Shown here piece after piece: positions 1 through 8,403 of a stretch of 45,325 bases of DNA. The position numbers were made by a program, and so were the translations under genes. Under the pieces are notes generated by a model. That model saw nothing but the letters and a program-made list of their open reading frames with translations. It did not search any database and was not told where the DNA came from. Every line of letters begins with the position of its first letter. Within the stretch, counting starts at the first letter, position 1. The stretch comes from a virus, in IMG/VR virus record IMGVR_UViG_3300045988_038226, positions 1-45,325 of that record; one strand, given 5' to 3'.

Positions 1-89
1 ATTTTTTTTTTGACCGCTTCCAATTGGGCGGTCAACTCGGCGTTCGGTGCATCGTCGAACAGTTGTAATACCTTTTGCAATCCGTCCGG
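1..89. repeat. Terminal direct repeat, copy 1 (identical to 45237-45325); most likely a circular-assembly overlap
   Basis: Both window ends read a+T10+gaccgcttccaattgggcggtcaactcggcgttcggtgcatcgtcgaacagttgtaataccttttgcaatccgtccgg. 89/89 nt identical, offset 45236. Confidence 0.95.
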
Positions 90-404
90 CGTCATATCGT
101 TGTATTCGGTTCCGTCCACGCTCTTAACCAAAGCGCAAAAAGCCAAATACCGGGGCGACATATCCGTTTGAATGAAATACACGTTTTGCCGCATATTATC
201 CAATTCCTTTTCCGCCAACTCCGGTTTATTGCCTCGGATAAATCGGATTGTCTTTTCAATATGCGTGTCCCAATCGTTAAGGTCGGAACCAACCCCGGCG
301 TCGATTAACAACGCTTTGTTATACGCATGAAATCGCAACATTGGCAATTCGTCGATACTATCGTACAACACAACCGCCCGTTTTCCAATCGTCGTTGTTC
401 TCAT
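1..404 (-). CDS. Junction-spanning gene, N-terminal part. It sits in the tail-assembly-chaperone position upstream of the tape measure and continues at 45236 down to 44870 (256 aa in total).
   Basis: Manual minus-frame translation. ATG at 404-402 overlaps (ATGA) the stop of ORF 401-661 and gives MRTTTIGKRAVVLYDSIDELPMLRFHAYNK... The frame stays open to base 1 and is in frame with ORF 44870-45316 through the repeat. Confidence 0.7.
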   Translation of the reverse strand, partial: MRTTTIGKRAVVLYDSIDELPMLRFHAYNKALLIDAGVGSDLNDWDTHIEKTIRFIRGNKPELAEKELDNMRQNVYFIQTDMSPRYLAFCALVKSVDGTEYNDMTPDGLQKVLQLFDDAPNAELTAQLEAVKKK

Positions 405-661
405 ATCAATATACGGGTTATGGCGGTTGAACAAAAAGGAACCAATAACAACCACGGGTTCCCGGTACATATCGCAAACAGAACCGACAAAGCGACCCCC
501 GCCCACCATGATAAGCAAAAGCCGCAATTGAACATCTTTGCGAAAAAGTCGTTGCCGTGAACTTGGACGTATTCAATAACGCCCCATTTTTTCAAAAGGG
601 ATAAAAGGAACGCCGCCACGGTTGCGACAATCAAAACCCATATTACAAATATCATTTCCAT
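401..661 (-). CDS. Small integral membrane protein (DUF1360-like CxxC..WW motif)
   Basis: 86-aa ORF with hydrophobic helices (VIWVLIVATVAAFLLSLL, AGVALSVLFAICTG, WLLLVPF) and a CGFCLSWW motif. ATGA-coupled to the next gene. Confidence 0.55.
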   Translation of the reverse strand: MEMIFVIWVLIVATVAAFLLSLLKKWGVIEYVQVHGNDFFAKMFNCGFCLSWWAGVALSVLFAICTGNPWLLLVPFCSTAITRILI

Positions 662-664
662 ATC

Positions 665-1264
665 TCAAATTTTACAAGGTTGCGAAACTGACAATATACC
701 CTCAAACCGGAACCCGGCGAACGGGTGCAATAAATATTGGTTATCGACTTCATCCAACGTAAAACCCCGGTACACGTTTTCGGCTAACTCATATACCCGG
801 TTTATCTCAATGGTTCCGTCCTTTAACCAAAAGCCGCCGTTTAAGACGGTTAATATTTCGTTCTTTAACGCCTCGGTATTCCGGTTGTTGAGTTGTCCCG
901 GATATACTTTGCGCAAGTCGAACCACACAATAAGCGCAAACGGGGCTTTTATTGTGCTTTGCTCTTTGGGAACCCAACCCACGTTTTGCGGGTCGTCAAC
1001 CCAAAAGAACCCGAAATTGCCAATATTGGCGTCCGGGGACACGTCGATATAATCGTTGTTGCCTCGGTACTGTGTGCCGCCCGCATATACGTTGGGCGTG
1101 AAATAGCGTTTGCCGTTGATAATCTTTGCGACCCTTTGCGCACGTCCAAATACGACGTCCAACCAATCGACGTTATCCATTAACCCGGCTTGTATATTCC
1201 CAATAACCCGGTCAATCAAAACCGGGTTTGGGATTATCGGAATTATTTTATTACTCTTTGCCAT
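665..1264 (-). CDS. Virion structural protein, possible tail tube (by position only)
   Basis: 199-aa ORF overlapping the upstream gene by 14 nt. It lies two genes upstream of the chaperone-position gene and tape measure. No motif recognised. Confidence 0.35.
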   Translation of the reverse strand: MAKSNKIIPIIPNPVLIDRVIGNIQAGLMDNVDWLDVVFGRAQRVAKIINGKRYFTPNVYAGGTQYRGNNDYIDVSPDANIGNFGFFWVDDPQNVGWVPKEQSTIKAPFALIVWFDLRKVYPGQLNNRNTEALKNEILTVLNGGFWLKDGTIEINRVYELAENVYRGFTLDEVDNQYLLHPFAGFRFEGILSVSQPCKI

Positions 1265-1727
1265 ATAACACGGTTTTTGCTTTTTTCAACAAATCGGGGT
1301 AAATGTATTGCCAAATCAACGACGCAATATTTTCGTCGGTCAATCCCAATATTTGCCGCCCGTACTTTTTTATCAAATCTTCGGTTTTGAAATCCGACGC
1401 CTTAATTTCAAACTGTTTGTCGCCGACCTCCAAATAAAAACTACTTTCAAAATCCCCTTCGTCCCGTAATGTTACCCGGTTCGTCGGTTGTCCTTTTTCC
1501 TCTTTAATGGAAATCGTCAACGGGGTATATGGCATATAATCCATAATATCCACGCCCAAACGGTTAATACCTTGTTCAAACAATTGTTCCTCGGCGTTGG
1601 CGTCGATAATAAACGCCGTTGTCATTCCGTCGTCGATTATTTCCCGGATATATAACCCGGACGACAAACCATTGTTGAAACGGTCAACGTTATTGCGCAA
1701 ATCCTGTATTGACTGCATACCCCCCAT
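1251..1727 (-). CDS. Virion structural protein (head-tail joining or tail-terminator position)
   Basis: 158-aa ORF between the 445-aa post-capsid gene and the putative tube gene. Synteny only. Confidence 0.3.
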   Translation of the reverse strand: MGGMQSIQDLRNNVDRFNNGLSSGLYIREIIDDGMTTAFIIDANAEEQLFEQGINRLGVDIMDYMPYTPLTISIKEEKGQPTNRVTLRDEGDFESSFYLEVGDKQFEIKASDFKTEDLIKKYGRQILGLTDENIASLIWQYIYPDLLKKAKTVLYGKE

Positions 1728-1734
1728 AATCCAA

Positions 1735-3072
1735 TTACGTTGTACGGTATTTAACGCCGTGGTTGTTACAAGTAAGGCAAATGCGGTCGATACCCTGCGT
1801 ATCTAATCGCAACGCCTCGTATGCTTTTTTAAGGTCATAACCCAAACCGCCCGGACGTACTCCGGTCGTGTTGCCGTCCAACTCGTAAAGTATTTCCAAC
1901 CGGGTTGCGTTTACTTGGTTCCTGTTTACCTTAACATCGGGGTTCATTGCCAACGTGCGCAAAGCGGTTGCGGCGACTTGACGTTGTATAACGGTTTGGA
2001 AAATCTGCCTTTCTTTAACGATAAAATCCGTTAGGTCGCAACCAACGGTTATTTCGCAATTCAACCCGTAATTCTGTGTTGTCGTGTACATCGTCAACGC
2101 CACGTCCCACAATTCCGGGTATTCGGCGAATGTTTCCGGGGCGTTGAACATAAACGGCGTAACCTGTAAATACTTGGTTATTTCTTTCCAACTTTCCAAC
2201 CCGTACCCGGTACACGTTCCGCACGGTTCCCGGCTCCAATCCTTAACCATGTTTATTGCCTCCATTCCGGCGGGCAATTCGTCTTGGTTATAACATAGAT
2301 ACCACGACCCCCCGGCGTTCGTTGCGTCGCTGATATACGGCAAATAACAGTCCTTTAACGGGAACCATTGAAAACCGCCATTTGTAACGGTAAAATTCAA
2401 ATCAAACGTCTTTACCGGGTCGATTTGCGACGAATGGAAAAGATACATACGAACCGTACCCGTTGCCCCTGTCATTTGTAAACCGATTTGTTCGATTTTC
2501 ATTGTTACCCCCATTGAACGAACCGGGACAATTTCAAACCCGACCAACTTATGTGTATTTTGCAACGTCGCCCGGATACGCCCCGCACCGTCAAAGAACG
2601 TGCGACGCTCCAAAAGGTTCTTTGTTTCCTTATCCAATCCTTTTACCTGTGTGAACGTTTGTACCATTTGCGCAATACCGTTGCGGGTCAATCGTTCCAA
2701 ATAGTCGGAAAGATAGTTGTAAACGCCCCAAAATTCGTTGCCGAAATCGCCGTTGAAATCTTCGTTAAAATCGCTTTTGGTTGGTTCCTCGTTTTGGTTG
2801 TCCTTTCGGGCAATCCAAATTTCGTTGTTGTGGCGAACCTTTGCCCCCTGTTTGTACTCAATTATCATATTCCATTCGGGATATTGATAAACGAAATCAT
2901 CCGGGACGATTGCCCGGATATTATCCAATGTTACAAGCGGGTGCGCACCTTGAAAATACAAACCGCTTTCGGTCTGCGTTAAATCGTCGTTTATTGCCTT
3001 TGCCGGGTCAAATGATTGTTCCCACCCGACGACGTGCAATAATGCGTCCTGTATTTCTTTTAATCGGTACAT
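1735..3072 (-). CDS. Virion-module protein of unknown function with an acidic DFN repeat
   Basis: 445-aa ORF directly after the capsid terminator. Contains SDFNEDFNGDFGNEF (nt 2725-2775) and Cys pairs (CGTC, CLTC). Confidence 0.35.
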   Translation of the reverse strand: MYRLKEIQDALLHVVGWEQSFDPAKAINDDLTQTESGLYFQGAHPLVTLDNIRAIVPDDFVYQYPEWNMIIEYKQGAKVRHNNEIWIARKDNQNEEPTKSDFNEDFNGDFGNEFWGVYNYLSDYLERLTRNGIAQMVQTFTQVKGLDKETKNLLERRTFFDGAGRIRATLQNTHKLVGFEIVPVRSMGVTMKIEQIGLQMTGATGTVRMYLFHSSQIDPVKTFDLNFTVTNGGFQWFPLKDCYLPYISDATNAGGSWYLCYNQDELPAGMEAINMVKDWSREPCGTCTGYGLESWKEITKYLQVTPFMFNAPETFAEYPELWDVALTMYTTTQNYGLNCEITVGCDLTDFIVKERQIFQTVIQRQVAATALRTLAMNPDVKVNRNQVNATRLEILYELDGNTTGVRPGGLGYDLKKAYEALRLDTQGIDRICLTCNNHGVKYRTT

Positions 3073-3086
3073 CTGCGTTCTAAATT

Positions 3087-3126
3087 AAAAAGGGGAACGG
3101 GGGTTATTGTCCCCGCCCCCCTTTTG
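3087..3126 (-). terminator. Rho-independent terminator after the major capsid gene
   Basis: Minus strand reads AAAAGGGGGGCGGGGACAATAACCCCCGTTCCCCTTTTT about 20 nt after the capsid stop: GC stem, 7-nt loop, T5 tail. Confidence 0.75.
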
Positions 3127-3146
3127 ATTAAACAATTGCGGCTCCC

Positions 3147-4244
3147 TTACGGCGTTACCGTCGGTTGTGGTACAACGTAAACGGGCATTGCTAACGGTTG
3201 GTTCGGGTCGCGTGCCTCAATTTCCGCTTTGATAATCGGGTTGGCAATCGTGGTCGGGTTGCTGTTATAAGCAACCATATACGCCACGTCAACGGAAAAT
3301 CCGAAATACTCCTTAACGGCGCACGTCAAATCTTCGGTTGCGGCTCCCATGATTGCGGATTGGTCGCCAACTGCGGTGTAATAGTGCGACCCAACGGGCA
3401 AATCAATGTACGGTAAACGTACAACGTCCCATTCGTGGAAATTCGCACGGGTGCGGCGCAACGCTTCACGGTCAACACGGGTTAAGATACCAACGTTGCC
3501 GTCCGCAACGGCAAAGAATGTACCCATTTTACCGCTTTCGTCGGTAACGTTGTTCGTGTAGTGGATAACCTTGTTATCGTATTCCATGCGCTTGTTAACG
3601 TCGTTGTAAATTCCGTGTTGCGCAAGTTTACGAATAAGGCTATCAACCCCGGCGTTGCCGATAACGTGGATATATTCCGGGTAACAGTTGGCACGCATAA
3701 TCGGGTTAACGTCGCCCAATATCTCGGTTGCCATTTGTTGCGGAACCTGTATAACGTTTCCGGTCTGCGTATAATTCAACAACGTTTCAAACACTTGCGT
3801 TTTGTTCGCCTCCATTGCGGCAACCGCCCCGGCGTCCAAAGTGTTTGCCAACGCACGGCACGTCTTTTCCATTTTGCGCAAAAAGTCGTGTTCGTATGAA
3901 ATTTCGTTGTTCATGTACGCCGCCGGAACCATTGTAAAGCCAATGGAATACGTCGCCCAAACAAGCGTTACCAATGCCGACGTATTTTCATTGTCGGCAA
4001 TAACGCACGAACGTACATTGCTTACCTGTACGTTTTCGTCGTAATTGATAACGGGAACTTGTACCGTGTTACCGATACTTGCAAACGCTTTATCCCTTAA
4101 ATTGGGATTAATGATTGAGGACGGGGCGTTGGTTTGCTCAATGAAAAAGTCCAATGCGCCATACTCACACGGGCGGGTCATATTACGGTCTAACTCCGGG
4201 TTCTGTACTCGCCAATTCTGCAATCTTGTTGCTACTAATGACAT
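3147..4244 (-). CDS. Major capsid protein (putative)
   Basis: 365-aa ORF immediately after the scaffold-like gene, followed by the clearest terminator in the window. Size and position are typical of HK97-fold capsid proteins. No motif-level proof. Confidence 0.6.
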   Translation of the reverse strand: MSLVATRLQNWRVQNPELDRNMTRPCEYGALDFFIEQTNAPSSIINPNLRDKAFASIGNTVQVPVINYDENVQVSNVRSCVIADNENTSALVTLVWATYSIGFTMVPAAYMNNEISYEHDFLRKMEKTCRALANTLDAGAVAAMEANKTQVFETLLNYTQTGNVIQVPQQMATEILGDVNPIMRANCYPEYIHVIGNAGVDSLIRKLAQHGIYNDVNKRMEYDNKVIHYTNNVTDESGKMGTFFAVADGNVGILTRVDREALRRTRANFHEWDVVRLPYIDLPVGSHYYTAVGDQSAIMGAATEDLTCAVKEYFGFSVDVAYMVAYNSNPTTIANPIIKAEIEARDPNQPLAMPVYVVPQPTVTP

Positions 4245-4272
4245 AATCTAAAATTTTTATTGTTATTAAATG

Positions 4273-4291
4273 CGGGTTAACCCTTTACCCG
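4273..4291 (-). promoter_or_regulatory. Late-region motif copy: CGGG[TAAAGGGTTAA]CCCG stem-loop upstream of the capsid gene
   Basis: Minus strand reads ACGGGTAAAGGGTTAACCCGC, 30-45 nt upstream of the ATG at 4244. The core is near-identical to the copies at 8324-8336 and 11012-11024. Confidence 0.5.
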
Positions 4292-4297
4292 TGTTGT

Positions 4298-5251
4298 TTA
4301 CTTTTCCGGCAATGCGGCAATATTGTTGTCCGTCCATGCCTGTTTCATTGCGGCGTCGAACTTTTCAGAACCCGCCGTTAATCCTTGCGACATAAGGTTG
4401 GCGGCGATTGCGTCGTAAGCCTCAACCCTTGTTTTTGCGCCGGATACGTCGATTGTACCGCCGCCCGCACCGCCGGAACCGCCCGCCGGGGGAACCGTTC
4501 CGCCGCCGCCCGCTTGACGTCCTTTGTCTAAAATACCCATTGTTTCCAATTCACGGGTCAAAAGGTCGCCGGGGGTGTACGGGTTCAACTGATTGTTCGG
4601 GTTACGCATGATTGCGCCGTTTTCGTCCTTAAACGCTAATACTTTGCCGCCCTTTCCGTCGTCGATAAACTCCGGGTTCATACCCTTAATTTTGTCAACG
4701 GCTTGCGACAATAGAACCTTTGTTGCGCTTTCCGGCAATCCCGCCTTAAACTTCAATCCGGCGGTCGCTGTCTGCAATGCCGTTTCAACACGTATGCCGA
4801 ACAATTCCGTTGTATGGGTTTGTTCGGCTTGGTCGTATTTCGTTTTTAGGTCGTTGAACTGCGTTGTAATCGCCGTTAAATCGGCTTTCGCTTGTTTCAA
4901 TGCCTTTGCGGTTTCCGCATCCGTCGCACCGTCGGCAATTGCCTTTTCCAAACGTGCCTTTTCTTTCGTCAGACTTTCGATTTGGGTTGATAACGTGGTT
5001 GCGCTTTCCGCTTTGGTTTTGAACTCGGACAACACACGCTTTGCGTAATCGTATGTTTTTTCCGTTCCGTTTTTCGCCACGCCCGTTGCCGCCAAAATAT
5101 CGGCGTCCAAATCGCCGTAAATTTTGCCCGTCTTTTGGGCTATAACGCTGTTTTCGTCATTGGCTGATAACGTGGTTATCGCCGCCAATTGTTCGTCGGT
5201 TAATCCGGCTAAAGCCGCATTTGCCTTTAATATCTCTACTGTTAATGCCAT
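4298..5251 (-). CDS. Scaffolding protein (putative)
   Basis: 317 aa, Ala/Lys/Glu/Thr-rich and helical, with a Gly-rich linker GGGGTVPPAGGSGGAGGG. Directly upstream of the capsid gene. Confidence 0.55.
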   Translation of the reverse strand: MALTVEILKANAALAGLTDEQLAAITTLSANDENSVIAQKTGKIYGDLDADILAATGVAKNGTEKTYDYAKRVLSEFKTKAESATTLSTQIESLTKEKARLEKAIADGATDAETAKALKQAKADLTAITTQFNDLKTKYDQAEQTHTTELFGIRVETALQTATAGLKFKAGLPESATKVLLSQAVDKIKGMNPEFIDDGKGGKVLAFKDENGAIMRNPNNQLNPYTPGDLLTRELETMGILDKGRQAGGGGTVPPAGGSGGAGGGTIDVSGAKTRVEAYDAIAANLMSQGLTAGSEKFDAAMKQAWTDNNIAALPEK

Positions 5252-5288
5252 AATTCTAACCCTTTGAATTTATGTGTTTAATACTCTG

Positions 5289-5789
5289 TTACTTTTTCGC
5301 CTCGGCTTTCTCGGCGGCTTTTGTTTTTGCCAACGCATCGGCAACGGCTTTGGCAATCGCCTTTTCGTTCGCCTCGGCTTGCGCTTTCAATGCTTTCTCA
5401 ACGGCGGCGTCGATTGCCTTTTGGTTTTCCTCGGCGGCTTTTGCCTCGGCTTCCTTACGGGCGGTTTCGGCGGCGGCGGCTTTCTCGGCTTTCGCCTTTT
5501 CGTTCGCCTCGGCTTGCGCTTTCATGTAATCGGCGGGGTCGTGCAAAATCGTTACCGTGTAACCCTGTTTTTTCAGATTGGAACCAACGCCGTTGTCAAA
5601 CGACTTTTTGCCGAACTTCTGAATACGGGGAACGGAAAGACGTTTGCCGCTTTCCGAATCGAATTTGCGTACCTCAATGATACAATGATACAAATGTTTC
5701 TCATTGTCGGGGACAATGTAATTTTCCGGGGTAACGTCCGTAATGGCGACGTCTTTAACTTTCCCCTCGGTTCCTGCTTTCACTCGCAT
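5289..5789 (-). CDS. Head-module coiled-coil protein with an internal duplication
   Basis: 166 aa. The C-terminal half is AKAEKAAAAE-type helix. An in-frame 29-nt duplication (5361-5389 = 5496-5524) encodes KAQAEANEKA twice. Confidence 0.35.
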   Translation of the reverse strand: MRVKAGTEGKVKDVAITDVTPENYIVPDNEKHLYHCIIEVRKFDSESGKRLSVPRIQKFGKKSFDNGVGSNLKKQGYTVTILHDPADYMKAQAEANEKAKAEKAAAAETARKEAEAKAAEENQKAIDAAVEKALKAQAEANEKAIAKAVADALAKTKAAEKAEAKK

Positions 5790-7479
5790 AATCGTTAAAT
5801 TTATTTGTTATTACTTCTATTTTCTTGGCGAATGGTATTTGCGTTCCAAACTCCAAAATGTTTGTATTTTCCCGTTCAAATCTGCGTACAAAGTTAGCAA
5901 AGTTAAGTTTTATACGCAATTCGTTCTCGGTAATTAAGTTGCGCCCGTATAAATCCAATACCTCGGTACGGGTCAAATGGCGGTACGGCTCCAATTCTGC
6001 CAATATTAACATACGTTGCAATTGGGTTGGATTGTTCCGGTACTCGGTTTCGATAAGTTGGTTTTGCAATGCGTCCAATTCCGCCTCGCTTGCGCCGCTA
6101 TCCCTTGCGGTTTTGTATCGGTTCCGCAACTCGGTTGCGTCGTACAAATAAAACTCGGTTCCGTAATTGACTTTTGCAGAAACAAACATATTGCCATACC
6201 TCAAACGGCAAACCGTTTCATCGACGAACTGTTGTGCCGCCTCAAATCCTTTCTTTACCCTGTTTAATACCGTGCTTTGACTTTCAAACGCCGCTTCAAC
6301 CTGTTGTTCGTTGAACGCTTCCCGTTGGGTTATTTCCTCGTTTTGACCGACAACCGCCGTTATTATGTTTTCACGCAAACGGCTTTCTTCCTCAACGTTA
6401 TAATCCAAACTTTGACGGTCGATTGTGGTTATTTGTACCGGGTTACGTAAATCCGGTTGTTTGTCCCCGTCCGGTATGGGTATTTCTACGAACGACCCCG
6501 CCCCGGTAATACGCTTATCCCCGCATTTGGGGCAACGCATCAATAACCCGGCTTGGTCTAATCTGTAATACCCTTGTTTGTCTTTCAAAAATCCGCCGTC
6601 GCAATAGTCGCCATTCTCGGCGTTACTGAAATCGCAACTTTGTTCGTACCCGGAATATATGGGATACGCCCCGTATAAATCCAAATGACGTTTCGATACA
6701 TGAAAGAACAAAAACCAATCCAACGCCTCCAATTCCTTTGTTAGCGGGGATTGTTTAACGTCCGGTTCTTTAAGGTTCAACGGTTCGTTCCAAAAGAACC
6801 GGGCGGGACAATAACCCAAATCGTGCGGGTTGTCAACCAACAATTCGCCAATATTGCCGCCGCCGTCCTCGGTAAATATCCGGTAACGTTCGTTATCAAT
6901 TACGGCAATACGTTTGTCGGGCTGTCTGAAAATAATCCAATCCATAACCCCGGTTGTCCTGTTTGCCTCAAAGGTTATGACGCTTTCAATAGGCAACCAA
7001 TAAAAATACGGGGTCGGGTAACGGTCGTTGTTGGGTTCGGTCGGCATATCCACAATTAAGACGCTGTTTATTTCCGTCTTGAAATACTCCCAACCTTTTG
7101 TACTCCAAATTTCCGGCTCTTTTAATACGTCCTGTCTGTAATACTCCCAATCGTCCCTTTGCTCTGTGTTCTGAAACTGATAATTGAACGCCGGGTTACG
7201 ACCGTCAAAAATACGGCTCAACTTATCAAAACAAATTCCCGTTACCTCATTCGTGCGAACGGGGTAACGGAAAAGAGTTTTGAATATTTTGAATTTGTCG
7301 TGCGGAATAAGATTGCCAACCCATGCCAAAAAATCGGTCGTCGGTTGACACATCAACGGGGTAACGTTGGTTTGGGCGTGAAACTTAATACGGTTTTGGT
7401 GTATAACCGCTTTATTTATCGTCGCCCGTTTCCGTGGTTCCGTTATCTGTTTTCTTATTTCCTTTACGTCTAATCCCAT
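5755..7479 (-). CDS. Portal protein (putative; alternative ATG at 7527)
   Basis: 574-590 aa ORF, the first large gene after the terL block. Size and position fit a portal. Contains a CPKCGDKR zinc-ribbon-like segment. No diagnostic motif. Confidence 0.5.
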   Translation of the reverse strand: MGLDVKEIRKQITEPRKRATINKAVIHQNRIKFHAQTNVTPLMCQPTTDFLAWVGNLIPHDKFKIFKTLFRYPVRTNEVTGICFDKLSRIFDGRNPAFNYQFQNTEQRDDWEYYRQDVLKEPEIWSTKGWEYFKTEINSVLIVDMPTEPNNDRYPTPYFYWLPIESVITFEANRTTGVMDWIIFRQPDKRIAVIDNERYRIFTEDGGGNIGELLVDNPHDLGYCPARFFWNEPLNLKEPDVKQSPLTKELEALDWFLFFHVSKRHLDLYGAYPIYSGYEQSCDFSNAENGDYCDGGFLKDKQGYYRLDQAGLLMRCPKCGDKRITGAGSFVEIPIPDGDKQPDLRNPVQITTIDRQSLDYNVEEESRLRENIITAVVGQNEEITQREAFNEQQVEAAFESQSTVLNRVKKGFEAAQQFVDETVCRLRYGNMFVSAKVNYGTEFYLYDATELRNRYKTARDSGASEAELDALQNQLIETEYRNNPTQLQRMLILAELEPYRHLTRTEVLDLYGRNLITENELRIKLNFANFVRRFERENTNILEFGTQIPFAKKIEVITNKFNDYASESRNRGES

Positions 7480-7630
7480 TATCGACAAATTCAAAAGTTG
7501 ATTTTTCGGGTAATTGCCAACCTCCATTGTTTCGCATACGCAAAAGCCTTTCGGCGTGGCTTATCTCATAATCGACGGTTACGTTTAAGGTCGGACACTC
7601 CAACGCAACCTTTGTAACCTTTGCGTTCAT
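7412..7630 (-). CDS. Small hypothetical protein
   Basis: 72-aa ORF, TAATG-coupled to the upstream gene. Its 3' 68-116 nt overlap the portal ORF in another frame. Confidence 0.35.
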   Translation of the reverse strand: MNAKVTKVALECPTLNVTVDYEISHAERLLRMRNNGGWQLPEKSTFEFVDNGIRRKGNKKTDNGTTETGDDK

Positions 7631-8277
7631 TACGCCCCGGTTGCCTTTAAGTCCGTCAACGGATTAAACGACGGTACGATAATTGCCAAATCGTCCGACC
7701 AATTAGGCAAAAACGACCATTGTATTGCGTTGCTGTCGGGGGCTTCCAATCCGCCCAACGTTTTGTCGCCAATGAACAACGAACGTATCGGAATTGGGTA
7801 ATACGTCCCGTCGGTTGTGGCGTCCTTAATCGCTCCGATTGCGCCGTTTTCGTCGAAAAGGAAAATACCCAAATTGTCGCCCCAACTTTCGCATTGCATT
7901 TCCTTTAACGCTTTTATTACTTCCTGTGGGGCTTTGCGGATAACTCCGGTAAACGGGGTTGGTTCACGCCCTATAATTTCCTCAACGCCTCCCAACGTTT
8001 CGTTACCGCCTCCAAAGGTGCGGGCGGCTCCCGCCTCGGCGGTTGGGGCTTGGATATACGGGGAAACAACAATTTTGGTTCCGTCCGCCGCCGTCATTTT
8101 CGGCGTCCATGACGCAAGCAATGTTATTGCCGCTTCACTCGTAAAACTGTTTTTGGTTCCGTCCGCCTTTGTCAGACGTTGAAACGCTACCTTTTGAATT
8201 TGCCCGAAACTTTCGGCGCAAACAATGGCGGGTACATCGGGCAAAGCCGCCGCCGCTGGACATTTACAAATTGGCAT
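7630..8277 (-). CDS. Virion-module protein of unknown function
   Basis: 215-aa Gly/Thr/Ala-rich ORF between terL and the portal, preceded by its own intergenic region carrying the late motif. Confidence 0.4.
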   Translation of the reverse strand: MPICKCPAAAALPDVPAIVCAESFGQIQKVAFQRLTKADGTKNSFTSEAAITLLASWTPKMTAADGTKIVVSPYIQAPTAEAGAARTFGGGNETLGGVEEIIGREPTPFTGVIRKAPQEVIKALKEMQCESWGDNLGIFLFDENGAIGAIKDATTDGTYYPIPIRSLFIGDKTLGGLEAPDSNAIQWSFLPNWSDDLAIIVPSFNPLTDLKATGA

Positions 8278-8319
8278 AATCTTAATTTTTTAACGTTAAA
8301 AACTTATGTTACTATCTCC

Positions 8320-8340
8320 GGGGGTTTACCCTTTACCCCC
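8320..8340 (-). promoter_or_regulatory. Late-region motif copy: GGGGG[TAAAGGGTAAA]CCCCC stem-loop
   Basis: Minus strand reads AAAGGGGGTAAAGGGTAAACCCCCGG in the terL to 215-aa intergenic region, 45-60 nt upstream of the ATG at 8277. A TAACTTTG (-7-like) box lies at 8361-8354. Confidence 0.5.
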
Positions 8341-8403
8341 TTTGTTTCGGCTACAAAGTTATAAACTTTTTCAGTTATAAACTTGCATATCCCAAAAATA
8401 TTG

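Noticed and set aside
1-89. Interpreting the 89-bp repeat as physical direct terminal repeats of the virion DNA.
   Set aside because: A continuous 256-aa reading frame crosses the repeat. An assembly overlap of a circular or permuted genome is more parsimonious. Read-level data are still needed.
75-308. ORFs 75-308 (+) and 92-292 (-) at the window start.
   Set aside because: Both are alternative frames of the junction-spanning minus-strand gene (404 to 1, continuing at 45236 to 44870), which explains the region better.
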